Shown in pieces: positions 1 to 10,358 of a stretch of 64,000 nucleotides of DNA (positions are counted from its first letter, which is position 1; every line of letters begins with the position of its first letter). Where the stretch lies: positions 1,458 through 65,457 of the forward strand of contig MHXH01000018.1 of the NCBI GenBank assembly GCA_001824435.1. The letters are read 5' to 3'. Under the pieces are notes generated by a model. The model saw only the letters and a list, made by a program, of their open reading frames with translations. It made no database searches and had not been told where the DNA came from. The position numbers and the translations under genes were made by a program. The stretch comes from Parcubacteria group bacterium RIFCSPLOWO2_01_FULL_48_18 (lineage in GTDB: Bacteria > Patescibacteriota > Minisyncoccia > UBA6257 > WO2-01-48-18).

Positions 1-661
1 TAAAATTGGGATCGAAGAAGTATTCTTTATTTGATACAAGAAAAAATCCGTCGGCAAATTCTCCCTCAACGATAGCAACCATAGCAGGGGAAATGCCCAG
101 GCAGTCCGCAATCTTTTCCGGATCCTCCAGTCCACTTTCGTATACTGCGCCCCCCCATCCTCCGGGGCCCTCATATACAAGCCCGATCACGTTATATTCT
201 GACGGCCCGGACTGAACGAAGGATTCGTCATACAGATCTCCGCTTGGTCGAAACACGCGTTTTTCTATTTCATTGGAAATCAATATCACCGTGCGCGAAC
301 CGGCATCATAGTAATCGCTGTTTCGAGAAAGAATGACTGGGTTCGGATAAATGTCATAGACGATCGCGGATTGCCTGCGAAACTGTACTTCGTGGAACAG
401 CGCCGCCTGATCAAGCGCGTATATCATTCTGGCGCGGAGCCATCGCCATTTTTCCTCGTTTACTTCGTTTTGATCGGTCGGCACAACATAGAATGCCTTA
501 ATCCGTACTTTTTCTATGCTCGTCTCAGGGTCTCCGTAACGATGAATTTGGGATTGTGTAACTTTGACATTTTCCTCAACACGATTTTTAAAAAGAAAAA
601 GGCCGACGGCGCTTGCCGCAACCATACCGCAGAGAAGACCAACAACAAACAACCGCTTCAT
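1..661 (-). CDS. Membrane-anchored protein, paralog of the adjacent HEXXH metallopeptidase (3' end runs off window)
   Basis: Absent from the ORF track (no stop in window). Manual translation from ATG at 661: MKRLFVVGLLCGMVAASAVGLFLF...IHRYGDPETSIEKVRIKAFYVVP...FHEVQFRRQSAIVYDIY...ISNEIEKRVFRPSGDLYDESF. These blocks align with LHVYDDPAISLDKIVVKTIVFIP, FHEREFSGASKIRFDIY and ITNELHERIFLKSGDLYREDF of 707..1624. Confidence 0.8.
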   Translation of the reverse strand, partial: MKRLFVVGLLCGMVAASAVGLFLFKNRVEENVKVTQSQIHRYGDPETSIEKVRIKAFYVVPTDQNEVNEEKWRWLRARMIYALDQAALFHEVQFRRQSAIVYDIYPNPVILSRNSDYYDAGSRTVILISNEIEKRVFRPSGDLYDESFVQSGPSEYNVIGLVYEGPGGWGGAVYESGLEDPEKIADCLGISPAMVAIVEGEFADGFFLVSNKEYFFDPNF

Positions 662-706
662 AATTTCATTATATCAACTCTCAGAAAATGGTAGAATATA
701 GAAATA

Positions 707-1624
707 ATGACGACCCCTAAGAACAAAATCTTTATCGCCGCTCTCGGTTTTATCGTTGGCTTCTTGATTGTGGTTATTCCGATGCGGATATGGAATAACG
801 CGGATAAAGAGGGGACGGTTCCCGCCGAAGAAAAAATAGGAACCGTTCTAAAAGAAAGGGCGCAGAAGCAAGAAGTAGAAAAACCGCTTCGCCTGCATGT
901 CTACGATGATCCTGCTATATCTCTAGACAAGATTGTGGTAAAGACAATTGTCTTTATCCCGAAAAGTTCTGTGTATGCGAAAACAATTGCTGATCATAAA
1001 CAATACTATGACCAAATAATCTCATTCCTTACTACGGCGGTCATTCCGCCGATCAACCAGTTCCACGAAAGAGAATTTAGTGGGGCTTCAAAAATTCGCT
1101 TTGATATCTATTCTGACGTTGTCTACGGCAGACAAGAGGCCAGCACGTATGAGTTAAAATTTCTTCAAAAAACCAAAGAAGGTAAATTGGCAGTTATTAC
1201 TAACGAGTTACACGAGAGAATTTTTTTAAAGAGTGGGGATTTATATAGAGAAGATTTTTCCGGAAGGGCGGAGGGAGAGTATATGATTTTGTTTATTGTA
1301 TATGCTAGTCGGATACCCTTGAATCCGTACGCAATAGAGGCCGGGGTAGGTATTGCCGGCCTAGCGGCTGACATCGGAACTACGATAGTGGTATTTTCTC
1401 CAATGTTTGAACCGGAGGGAATTTACAATCTTAACGCCGCCTCGGTGGTGTATCATGAACTGGCTCATGCCATGGGCGCTCCGGAGCAGTACGATCAGTA
1501 CTCGGCTGATATGATCGAGCAAAGAAACGCTCGCGCCGATATTATGGGCATAGGCGCTTCTGAACCACTACTTACCACCTATCTCGGAAAAGATATAAAG
1601 GTTCAGATGGGCTGGCATGATTAA
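707..1624 (+). CDS. Membrane-anchored zinc metallopeptidase (zincin)
   Basis: N-terminal TM helix; HELAHAMG (HEXXH) followed by EQYD and a DIMG Met-turn-like motif. Confidence 0.7.
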   Translation: MTTPKNKIFIAALGFIVGFLIVVIPMRIWNNADKEGTVPAEEKIGTVLKERAQKQEVEKPLRLHVYDDPAISLDKIVVKTIVFIPKSSVYAKTIADHKQYYDQIISFLTTAVIPPINQFHEREFSGASKIRFDIYSDVVYGRQEASTYELKFLQKTKEGKLAVITNELHERIFLKSGDLYREDFSGRAEGEYMILFIVYASRIPLNPYAIEAGVGIAGLAADIGTTIVVFSPMFEPEGIYNLNAASVVYHELAHAMGAPEQYDQYSADMIEQRNARADIMGIGASEPLLTTYLGKDIKVQMGWHD

Positions 1625-1661
1625 CAGGGGTTGGTGTTTGTAGATCATTTGTTGTCGCCGA

Positions 1662-4600
1662 TTACTTGATGAGACTATTCAATTTCGTTCTCGTTGACGG
1701 ACCAATAAAACCGTTGCCGCTGGTTAAACCGTTCGGGGCAAGAATTTCTGATGCGTACTTTTCTTGGAAACGAATCACCGCGGCTTTGGTCAGCAATCCA
1801 AAGTAGCCGGTAACCAACCCCTCAGGATATACGCCCTCATCTTTGAGCAGCTGCTGCAAGGCCTTGACGTCGTCGCCTTTTGCGCCAAGCGCAAGATTCT
1901 TCTCAAGCCGCGAAACAGCTAACTTTAATCTCGGAACTTCTGGTTTCTTTTCAGCCAGCGCCTTGAGTTTGGCTAGGGCATTAATTTTTGCTCTCGTTGA
2001 CGAACCCACAAAGCCAGTGCCTTTTGTAAGGCCTGCCGGAACCAACACCTCTGATGCGTACTTTTCTTGGAAACGAATCACCGCGGCTTTGGTCAACAGT
2101 CCAAAATAGCCGGTAACCAATCCTTCGGGATAGACTCCTTCGTCTTTAAGGAATTGCTGCAAGGTTTTTACAGTATCTCCCGAATCTCCAAGTTTCAAAC
2201 TTTTGGCGAGCACCGGAGGCAATGCTACTGCTGGTGGCGGCACGACCACCGCTGGCGGGAGCGCAGTTACTGGCGCAGGCGGCGGTGGCGTAACCGTAGA
2301 TGGAGGTGGGGGCGGTGGAGCTACTGCCAATTGAGTTGACGAAGGCAGAGGTGTTACCGATGTCACCGGCTCAGAAGATGGCTGGGACGAAGGCGATGGT
2401 GACGACGGAGTCCCGCCTCCCCCGCTGCTTCCGGTCGAGGCAGCCGATGGAGTTGCAACCGCCGCTCCTACAATCGCAAAACGAGTCAAGTGTTCAAAGC
2501 TGCCCTTGTACGTAATCTGAAAATCTGCATAATAATCAATTCCTGTATTGGTGCCGGTGGCATTTGGATTGTCTAAACCCGACGACATATTCGAAGCGAA
2601 AGTCGCCGGATCAACAGAGACAAATGCATCGCCGGAATTATTCTTTATGAGTACATCAATTGACGTCGGAGCGCTCACCCATGATTGTGTACTTTCGTCA
2701 AAATAGGTGAGCGCTACTTCATCGATGGTGCCGAGCGCTGCAAGACTTCCAAAATCGCCGGAATCGGACATTTGCTGCTTAGTTTTTGTTATTTTGAGCG
2801 TAGAAGCCCCCGAAAGAGTAGTAATTGGAGATCCGTTTGCGTCGACAGCATCAATTTCAATGCCGGTACTTCCAACCGGGTTGGCGGTTCCAGTTATCGG
2901 AATATTGGCGGTTTCCTTAATGGTAATTTGAGCGCTGTTTTGCGATGTACCCAAGGCATTAGCCGGAAAGACCATTTCTACTCCAGAATTAGTATCGCTG
3001 TGGACTCCGCCAGCCGAAGGCGTCATCGATTTTGTTAATGGTTTATTTGTGGAGATGGTCGAACCAAGATTGATATTAAGCGTACTGGGCGGCGCATTTC
3101 CTGCATACGGACCCGCAGTTCCTTGTCCATAGCTGTCTGCGAGCGCCGAAATCGTCCATGTGCCGGCAACCGACGTTAGTTTAAGACTATAGGCGCCGTT
3201 TATATCAGCCGCAGTTGTCACAAAGCTACTATCGCTGTCTACGGCCCTCACCATTGCATTCGCAACCGCCTCTCCGCTGTCAAACGTAGAGTTTGAATTG
3301 GCATCTCTATAGACAAGCCCGGAAACGCTTAAGGTTGCTTCGTATAAGATCAGTTGGGCTCCGCTTGAACCCCCTGCTCCTACAGAAATCGCGGTTGGCT
3401 TTCCGATATAGCCCGGCTTTGAACCAACGATGGTATAGTCTCCTGCGGGCGCACGAAGCGAAAATGCTCCGGTTGAAGTTGATTTCGCGCCAACTCGATA
3501 GCGAGTTGAAGTGCTCATTACTTCCACCCAAACATCAGAGAGCGTATTGCTCGTACTATCTCTATACGTTGTTCCGGAAATGGTTACGAGCGTTGGAAGA
3601 GTAACGGTGATTGTTCGATTGACGGAGGCGTCCAAAGCAGCAGTTGAAGACGCATATCCTGTCCCCGTTGCGTTTTCCTTCGGAATGTTCATACCGTCAA
3701 GCGACAACTTCAAGATGTAGCTGGTCGAACTGGGTACTTGAAGAGAGGTACTCGTTACATTTTGAGCTTCAAACACGTTGCCTCGGTTCGTGCTTGGATC
3801 AAAGACATCAACGAAAAGCTTCGTTGTGGTGGTTGAAAAATTGAATGTAATGGTGTTAGGCGCGCCGGCAACGATATTTCTTCCGGTTGCGTCTGTTGAA
3901 GAAACATCTACAGTTATCTTACCTAATTCTCCTACCGTTGGAGAAAATGACCTGATCGTGTATGTATCCGACGCGCCGGTATTCGCCGGAACCTTCAAGG
4001 TGTAACTGCCAGAAGCATTGGTTAGGGCATCGTTGAATCTATACACGCTCGAGATAAGCGCTTCTGCGTAGACATTCACATTTGAGAACTCTTCGCCGGC
4101 GTCACAGCTTGAATTGCCGTTATTGTCTCGGCATACGGTTCCGGAAATTGATCTAAAGGTAACACCGGCAGTAGTCGGAGAGAAATTTATGCCGGTTGCG
4201 TTTGCGCCGGAAACCACTACGGTTCTCTCCGGAAGCGAGCCAAAACCGGGAATAAACGCCCCTACATTCCACGTGCCGTTCCCGACATATAGCGTATAGA
4301 GGCCCGAGGCATCGGTGTATGCTTCAGTGTGCCCCAGGCCGTCAGTGCGGTATGCATAAATTGATGCTCCTTGCACGACGTTACTCGAATCGTCGACTGC
4401 CTTGCCGCTGATCGAAAAATCTGGTTTTACAACTTTAATAACGATGTTGGCTTTTGGAGTTGGGTCGCTGCCGATAAATAACTGACCGGCCGAGTCGATG
4501 CGAACAGAAATTTCATTGCCCGACGGCATTCCCGGAACGAATACTCCTGCCAGAAACATGCCCTCTATAGCTCTAAGCGAAAAGCTTCCATCCGAACCGG

Positions 4601-7600
4601 TTTGCGCACGCGTTCCCATCTTTTCTATCGGCGAGTACGCATACACTTCTGCTCCGCCGATCCCGAGACCCGATCCGTTAACAACTTGTCCCGTTACAGT
4701 TTTATCTGCAACTCTAATATTGAACGTGGCAGTAGCAATAGTAACAGCGCATGCCGAGGGGCAACCGGAAACTTCTATGTCAAGCGGCTGGGGCATTATC
4801 CAGTTTGGCGGTGTGGGCGGTCCGGCGAAGAAGAAGCTTAAACCCTTGGGCATTGCCGGTCCTACGCCCACAAACCAACGGCCATTTTGGTTGAGATAGA
4901 GGGTGGTGATGGCAGGATCTGAGGCAGAGCGACTGCCGGCGCCGGGCGTTACAGTCCGTACCGAAAAGTTAGCTGGACCGCCGGCAAGAACGTCTAGTTC
5001 TTCAGAGGCCGAGAAAGTATTCGTAGCATGCGTTAATTTGACTGCAATTCCTACTGCGGCGGTACTTGATACAGGGGTGACAGTAAAGTTACGCGTGCAG
5101 ATGTTTGAAACACAGGACGCGCTATCCACTCGCACCGGTGTTGGAAAAGAACTGCCAACGTAATCAGCGCCGCCGACAGTAAAGAACGGTTCGGTAACTA
5201 CAAAGTAATCTCCTCCGACAAGGCTATCGGCCGAATATCTTCCGTCATCCGAGCTCGTGCCAAAGGTCAAATTTGCAGTGACAAGTGGTGCGGGGCCGGT
5301 CATCGGAGAGAACACGACTAGCCGCGCGTCGTTAATTGCCGCTCCGGAAGAAGCATTGGTGATTTGGCCGCGGAGCGTAAAATTGCCGCCGGCTAGAATG
5401 AAGAATGCTTCGGCGCCCACCGATTCAAGAAGCGTGCCGGACGCATCATAGGTTTTCATACCCACTGTATAGCCGCCGGTATTGAAGTCTCGAGGGATGG
5501 CCGTATTTTTGATTCCTGCAATATCAAGATGAATGAAGTCGTGTTGGTCTCCGGATTCGGATCTTGTTGTACCCGCAAGCGTTATTTTTACGACGTTTGA
5601 AACCGTATCAATCGTTACGCCGTCGTCCGAGGCGCCGCCGCTTGCCTCCGTCGAGGTTGAAAACGCGGGCGTTCCGGGTCCGGGACCGTTCAGATCATTG
5701 TTTGTCGGGCTTTGCGGTTCCTTTTTTGCTCCTCCGATGCCAAATCCAGACGGAAATGTCAGCTCAATGCGCCCGCCGCTAGGAATCTGTTTTGAAATCG
5801 GGAGCTCCACGCCATATGTCGTAGTGGCATTCGGCAGCATGGAGAACGGAAACACATGAGCAGATGGAATAAAACCGATAGTGCCGCCGGGTGGAGGAGT
5901 CATCGGGCCCATCACCGAGCCCGCGCCAGGATCAAGCTCGCCGCCAAAAAATGATGCTTGTTCCACCGTACCGTTAAATGTGCTGGTTGCCGACAGATTA
6001 CCAATAAGATCGGGCAATGGGCTTATAATCAGTTTAAAACTGTTGCCCGGCACCAGTTTAAGGTTTTCTACAAATATGGTGTTATCTACCTCGTCATAAT
6101 CAATCCGCTGTCCGCCGATCGCAGAGAGCACTACCGGCGTTCCGCTCGGACTCTCAAAAGAGTACTTCGAAAAGAGTGTTACTTCTCCGGTCGGAACCGG
6201 TTCAGAGAAAGTGACGGCCGCGCCGAAATCATGAGCCCTTGCAAATACAACTGCGGGTCCAGCAGTATCGGTATTGGCTGATTCTACTGTGAAATTAAGA
6301 TTATAGTCATCGCCTGCGGTGCCGTTGCCGTCGCCATCAAACTGAAGCCCCACTATATTTTTAACCCCGCTTGCTCCGCTTTTTATCGTAAGGCGATAGT
6401 TTCTGCCCAAAACGAAAGGATTTGTAGCAACAAAGAAAACATCTTTATTAAAGAAGTCGTACTCAAAGATTCCGGGAAATTCAATATCGTCGGTGGAGGT
6501 AGCGGCAAACACGTTGTCCGGGCCGGCATCCTTGAGCACGACGTTCGTAGTGCCGAAAATAGTTGCCGGATCAAGGTCGTCGTCAGAATGAGCAATAATT
6601 TTCGTCTTAGTCCGTTGAAGGTTGGTTGCGCCCGCAGCAGGGATTGAGGCTACAACCTTGGGCGGCGTGGCGTCGTTTGAGGCCAAGGTTTCAAACGAGG
6701 CAAAAAACGGCGAACCGAGAAAAATATTGTCTTTGCTTTTTACTCCGGTGGTAACTCCTATCTCATAGCGCGAACTTGAAGCAAACGTTGCATCAAATTG
6801 GACCACTTCATCATTAAATGCCAAAGGGAGCGTAAAGTTTGAAGTTGTAACTGCGATTTTTGTTCCGTCAGTATTTAGTTTTGAAAGGTTGATCGTGCCG
6901 CTGTTTGCGCTGGAACTGGCAATTTTGGCCGTAAATTTGATTCCAACTTTAGAGATGTTCGGTGGTACTACCGATCCGGGGAAAGGCATGGTACCTTCCA
7001 CAAACGGCGGGAACGTTGGCGTTATGGTTCCGGACCCAACCGAAAATACTACCCGGAACGATATTCCATCAGTTGATGTTGCGCCCTGGCCATTTACTAA
7101 CCTTCCCGATTGATTCAATGCTTGACCCGCGAAATCTTTAACGCACGTAGTGCAGCTTGAAGTAGCGCCGCCTAAAACTTTAAATACATATGTAGTGCCC
7201 CCCTCAAGCGCGGCCCTGAATTCATACGGCGGCTTCGTGAAATCGTTCGGGTCGTTGATAACCACGGTGCCGGAAACCGATATGTCGTCTCCTGTTTCTG
7301 CTTGTCCGTCCGGCCCTACTTTTCGAAGGAGGACGGTTGAGCTTGTGATCGTGAGATTGTCGACCGGTTCATTGAAACCGAATCCGATACTGGGAATATC
7401 GCGCGGAATATTTGAATCATTGGGGCCCGGGAAGCTGAACTGAACGTACGGCGGACCTGTATCTCCTTGCGGGCCACCGGATGGAAATTCGCTGGCGCTC
7501 AAACTATTTTGAGGAGTAGAGGTCGTCTGCGTCACAAAATTAGCGGCGTTATTGTCAGTATCATAACCATTGCCGCCAAAAACATCGGAAATGTCGCTGT

Positions 7601-9905
7601 CACCCGACCCGGAATCAAACATCGAGTCAGCATTCGAAGTCGATCGCGCTTTTCGTTCAAGAGAGTTATTTAGGCCCAATTGCGGCGACGATGAACCCTC
7701 TACGAGACCCTGCGTTCCCCAGCCAAGCCGATCAATAATTCCTTGCGCGTCTGCCGCGATCGGCGAGAGACTTATGGTAACCCCGCTTGAGGTAGCAAGC
7801 GTTGTACCCACGGGGTTATACGTAGCATCAGGAGAGGTTATATCAGAATAACCGCTCTCCGGGGTAAATAAGTAGAAGCTCCTCGGTTGGAGCACCGAAC
7901 GGTTAACCGTAAGAGCCTTATGGGATGCGGTCGAACTTGCGTCGGCAAGGTGCAGAAATATCCGCTGTGGAGAAGTACGGGCAAGCTTAAGATCCCCGTT
8001 GGTAAAGTCTTGATAGATAACAAAATAGGTGCTCGCGTCGTACGCGTATAGAGATGTGTATCGGCCGACGTCTCCGATATTGTCCAAGGTGTAAAACGTC
8101 CATGTCGTTCCACCGTTTACTGATTTTGCAAATTTAAGATTGTTATTGGCGGCATCTAGATACGTAATAAAAATCGTGCTTGCATCGATCGCAACAAGAG
8201 ATGTGTATTGGCCGACGCTGCCTTGAGAGTCTATGGTTGAGGTAGTCCACGAAGCACCGCCGTTTACGGTTTTGGCGAAACGAAGATCTAATCCATCCGA
8301 TTCGTAATAGCTGATAAAGTATGTGTTCGCGTTGACTGCCCGGATGGATGTTTGCCCGTAGATATTCCCGGCCGCATCAATGGTTGTAGTGCTAAATACT
8401 GCGCCGCCGTCTGTGGACTTCGCGAACTTCAAATCTCCATTACCATGATTCCGGTAGCTTACGATAATGGTGCTTGTGCCGATTCCGTGCACCGAAGTGT
8501 TTTGGCCCATTACGACTCCGGCTGAGTCGAGCGTTGATGTTGTCCACGCTGCGCCGCCGTTGTTTGACCTTGCAAAACGAAGCGACGTAGCGCCCGTATT
8601 GTCGTAGTAACTGATGTAGAAATTGCTGGCGTCCGAGGCGTAGAGCGAAAGATCACGCCCTTGATCTCCCGCGCTATCTATGGTTGAAGTTGTCCATGCT
8701 GTGCCGCCGTTTGTGGATTTTGCGAACTTTAGGTCGAGCGCGGTGAAATCAAAGTAAGCGATAAAAATCGTGCTTGTGCCGATTGATTGCAAGGCGCTGT
8801 ACGACCCCACGTCGTTAGCGCCCCCGTTATCGACAACCACTGTTGTCCAGCTTGATCCGCTGTCCAAAGATTTTGCGAACTTAAGATTACCGTTCGTATT
8901 GTCGTAATAGCTCGCGTAGAGCGTTTGCGCGTCTACCGCGATAATTTGCATCGGTCCCGAACCGATTTCGCCCGTCGTATCAATCGGCCCCGTGGACCAA
9001 TTCGTCCCTCCGGGAGAAAGGTTAAGCGCCATGTCGCCCGTATTATAAAGCTCGACAAATTCATTGAGTTCGTTTCCGGTCTTTCCTCTTCGAACTTCAG
9101 AAATCTTTAGGTTGGGAGTAATACGGTGCGTTGTGGTCGCGATCGCATTGCCGACAATATCTTTAAAATCGGCGCCGATCTGAAGCGTATCTCCCGGAGC
9201 AAACGTAATTACGGCTCCCGTAGCGCTTATATTCACGATTTGCCGATTTCTACAGGCAGAAGGGGGGTCGCATATTATTCCCGGAAGCTGGGTTTGCACC
9301 TCCGAATCACCAGAATTCTCGGTTGAAATGACGTAGGTTGAAGTGACGCCGCTTACTCCCGAAAATCGTAAATCTTCATTGGCAAAGACTAAAATAGAAC
9401 CGGTGTTTTGAAGCACAACGTTTCGTATGACGGGCGCCGCAGTATCTTCGGTTCCTGGAGTAAATTGGATAGTTGATGATCCGGTGACGCACGCTTCATT
9501 CGCGTTATTCCAAATTTGACTTGCGGCACAGGCGATCGAAAGCTGACCCGATGATGTAACGTTTAGATTGGGGCTTATGGTGAGGGAAATGACTCGGTCT
9601 CCCGGTTCGGGAAAGGTATCGGGACTTAACGTATACGCGCTTGAACTTGCGCCGGTCAAGGCAAAATCTGTTGATGTCACCGCGCCGATTGAGCCGGTGG
9701 CGGTGTAAAGCGGTTGATCGAAAATAAGCCCAATTTTATTTTGTCCGTTTTTCCATTTGAGTTCGGTAAGCTGCGGCGCAGCCGCGAACGCATCGTCTGC
9801 GGGAAAAACAGAGAAAAATAAAAAAACGCCGACTGCGACGCAAAAAATAACAACTTTTTTAGGGATCGTCGCCGTGGCCAAAAATTCTTGAAATGCGTTT
9901 ATCAT
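1662..9905 (-). CDS. Giant (~2750 aa) secreted cell-surface protein: lamin-tail domain, BNR/Asp-box beta-propeller, Ig-like and carboxypeptidase-regulatory-like repeats, Pro/Ser linker, two C-terminal peptidoglycan-binding domains
   Basis: Start moved to ATG 9905 (MINAF..., signal peptide ending AFA); the upstream ORF extension runs through a MITE. ISEV...EFVELYN (LTD); repeated S-x-D/N-GG-x-W Asp-boxes; two LKLGD/LALG...V..LQ..L...GYFG.LT.AAV.RFQ domains. Confidence 0.85.
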   Translation of the reverse strand: MINAFQEFLATATIPKKVVIFCVAVGVFLFFSVFPADDAFAAAPQLTELKWKNGQNKIGLIFDQPLYTATGSIGAVTSTDFALTGASSSAYTLSPDTFPEPGDRVISLTISPNLNVTSSGQLSIACAASQIWNNANEACVTGSSTIQFTPGTEDTAAPVIRNVVLQNTGSILVFANEDLRFSGVSGVTSTYVISTENSGDSEVQTQLPGIICDPPSACRNRQIVNISATGAVITFAPGDTLQIGADFKDIVGNAIATTTHRITPNLKISEVRRGKTGNELNEFVELYNTGDMALNLSPGGTNWSTGPIDTTGEIGSGPMQIIAVDAQTLYASYYDNTNGNLKFAKSLDSGSSWTTVVVDNGGANDVGSYSALQSIGTSTIFIAYFDFTALDLKFAKSTNGGTAWTTSTIDSAGDQGRDLSLYASDASNFYISYYDNTGATSLRFARSNNGGAAWTTSTLDSAGVVMGQNTSVHGIGTSTIIVSYRNHGNGDLKFAKSTDGGAVFSTTTIDAAGNIYGQTSIRAVNANTYFISYYESDGLDLRFAKTVNGGASWTTSTIDSQGSVGQYTSLVAIDASTIFITYLDAANNNLKFAKSVNGGTTWTFYTLDNIGDVGRYTSLYAYDASTYFVIYQDFTNGDLKLARTSPQRIFLHLADASSTASHKALTVNRSVLQPRSFYLFTPESGYSDITSPDATYNPVGTTLATSSGVTISLSPIAADAQGIIDRLGWGTQGLVEGSSSPQLGLNNSLERKARSTSNADSMFDSGSGDSDISDVFGGNGYDTDNNAANFVTQTTSTPQNSLSASEFPSGGPQGDTGPPYVQFSFPGPNDSNIPRDIPSIGFGFNEPVDNLTITSSTVLLRKVGPDGQAETGDDISVSGTVVINDPNDFTKPPYEFRAALEGGTTYVFKVLGGATSSCTTCVKDFAGQALNQSGRLVNGQGATSTDGISFRVVFSVGSGTITPTFPPFVEGTMPFPGSVVPPNISKVGIKFTAKIASSSANSGTINLSKLNTDGTKIAVTTSNFTLPLAFNDEVVQFDATFASSSRYEIGVTTGVKSKDNIFLGSPFFASFETLASNDATPPKVVASIPAAGATNLQRTKTKIIAHSDDDLDPATIFGTTNVVLKDAGPDNVFAATSTDDIEFPGIFEYDFFNKDVFFVATNPFVLGRNYRLTIKSGASGVKNIVGLQFDGDGNGTAGDDYNLNFTVESANTDTAGPAVVFARAHDFGAAVTFSEPVPTGEVTLFSKYSFESPSGTPVVLSAIGGQRIDYDEVDNTIFVENLKLVPGNSFKLIISPLPDLIGNLSATSTFNGTVEQASFFGGELDPGAGSVMGPMTPPPGGTIGFIPSAHVFPFSMLPNATTTYGVELPISKQIPSGGRIELTFPSGFGIGGAKKEPQSPTNNDLNGPGPGTPAFSTSTEASGGASDDGVTIDTVSNVVKITLAGTTRSESGDQHDFIHLDIAGIKNTAIPRDFNTGGYTVGMKTYDASGTLLESVGAEAFFILAGGNFTLRGQITNASSGAAINDARLVVFSPMTGPAPLVTANLTFGTSSDDGRYSADSLVGGDYFVVTEPFFTVGGADYVGSSFPTPVRVDSASCVSNICTRNFTVTPVSSTAAVGIAVKLTHATNTFSASEELDVLAGGPANFSVRTVTPGAGSRSASDPAITTLYLNQNGRWFVGVGPAMPKGLSFFFAGPPTPPNWIMPQPLDIEVSGCPSACAVTIATATFNIRVADKTVTGQVVNGSGLGIGGAEVYAYSPIEKMGTRAQTGSDGSFSLRAIEGMFLAGVFVPGMPSGNEISVRIDSAGQLFIGSDPTPKANIVIKVVKPDFSISGKAVDDSSNVVQGASIYAYRTDGLGHTEAYTDASGLYTLYVGNGTWNVGAFIPGFGSLPERTVVVSGANATGINFSPTTAGVTFRSISGTVCRDNNGNSSCDAGEEFSNVNVYAEALISSVYRFNDALTNASGSYTLKVPANTGASDTYTIRSFSPTVGELGKITVDVSSTDATGRNIVAGAPNTITFNFSTTTTKLFVDVFDPSTNRGNVFEAQNVTSTSLQVPSSTSYILKLSLDGMNIPKENATGTGYASSTAALDASVNRTITVTLPTLVTISGTTYRDSTSNTLSDVWVEVMSTSTRYRVGAKSTSTGAFSLRAPAGDYTIVGSKPGYIGKPTAISVGAGGSSGAQLILYEATLSVSGLVYRDANSNSTFDSGEAVANAMVRAVDSDSSFVTTAADINGAYSLKLTSVAGTWTISALADSYGQGTAGPYAGNAPPSTLNINLGSTISTNKPLTKSMTPSAGGVHSDTNSGVEMVFPANALGTSQNSAQITIKETANIPITGTANPVGSTGIEIDAVDANGSPITTLSGASTLKITKTKQQMSDSGDFGSLAALGTIDEVALTYFDESTQSWVSAPTSIDVLIKNNSGDAFVSVDPATFASNMSSGLDNPNATGTNTGIDYYADFQITYKGSFEHLTRFAIVGAAVATPSAASTGSSGGGGTPSSPSPSSQPSSEPVTSVTPLPSSTQLAVAPPPPPPSTVTPPPPAPVTALPPAVVVPPPAVALPPVLAKSLKLGDSGDTVKTLQQFLKDEGVYPEGLVTGYFGLLTKAAVIRFQEKYASEVLVPAGLTKGTGFVGSSTRAKINALAKLKALAEKKPEVPRLKLAVSRLEKNLALGAKGDDVKALQQLLKDEGVYPEGLVTGYFGLLTKAAVIRFQEKYASEILAPNGLTSGNGFIGPSTRTKLNSLIK
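1747..2095. repeat. Exact 46-bp direct repeat (1747-1792, 2050-2095) within the duplicated PG-binding domains
   Basis: tctgatgcgtacttttcttggaaacgaatcaccgcggctttggtca occurs twice. Confidence 0.9.
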
Positions 9906-10091
9906 AATTTTACGCCCGACGAATCCGTCCGCCAAAAACAGTACAGTATTGAAGTCATTATAATAAATCCGTGTAGAATCGCAAAACAGAGGACCTGTGG
10001 ATAAGTAGAAACATTGCTTGGGTTTTTCTTTGATACGTTTTTGATGATTTATAAAACCGCATTCTAAGACTCCCAAGTTCTTCAAGTCTAA

Positions 10092-10269
10092 GGGCTTGTA
10101 AATAAATAACCTTCCCATCTCGCTTCCATCTTCACCCCATCTTCGGCTTTTCCTCAATCGCAGAATCTTCACCGTAGCGCTGCTACGCTTCAGATTCCGC
10201 TCAATCGGAAAAACCGAATCTGGGGCAAATCTGTAACCGAATCTGCAAAGGTTATTTATTTACAAGCCC
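10092..10269. mobile_element. MITE (178 bp), 22-bp perfect terminal inverted repeats, TAA target duplication
   Basis: taa|GGGCTTGTAAATAAATAACCTT ... AAGGTTATTTATTTACAAGCCC|taa; the interior is an imperfect palindrome; no transposase. Confidence 0.75.
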
Positions 10270-10275
10270 TAAGCC

Positions 10276-10319
10276 TTGAAAAATTGGACATGCATGGTAT
10301 ATTATAATGGTATATTATA
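10276..10319 (+). promoter_or_regulatory. Putative ftsH promoter with a 13-bp tandem repeat
   Basis: TTGAAA (10276), then ATGGTATATTATA x2 (10294-10319) containing TG-TATATT/TATAAT -10-like boxes. Confidence 0.45.
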
Positions 10320-10358
10320 TAGAGAATATCAATTAAAAGGTGGTTAGCATATTATTTC

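Noticed and set aside
1843-9326. Numerous plus-strand ORFs opposite the giant gene (and similar antisense ORFs elsewhere)
   Set aside because: Antisense shadows of long real genes, without motifs or initiation signals.
9906-10172. N-terminal extension of the giant protein given by the ORF track
   Set aside because: Runs through a MITE and promoter region; the signal peptide begins at Met 9905.
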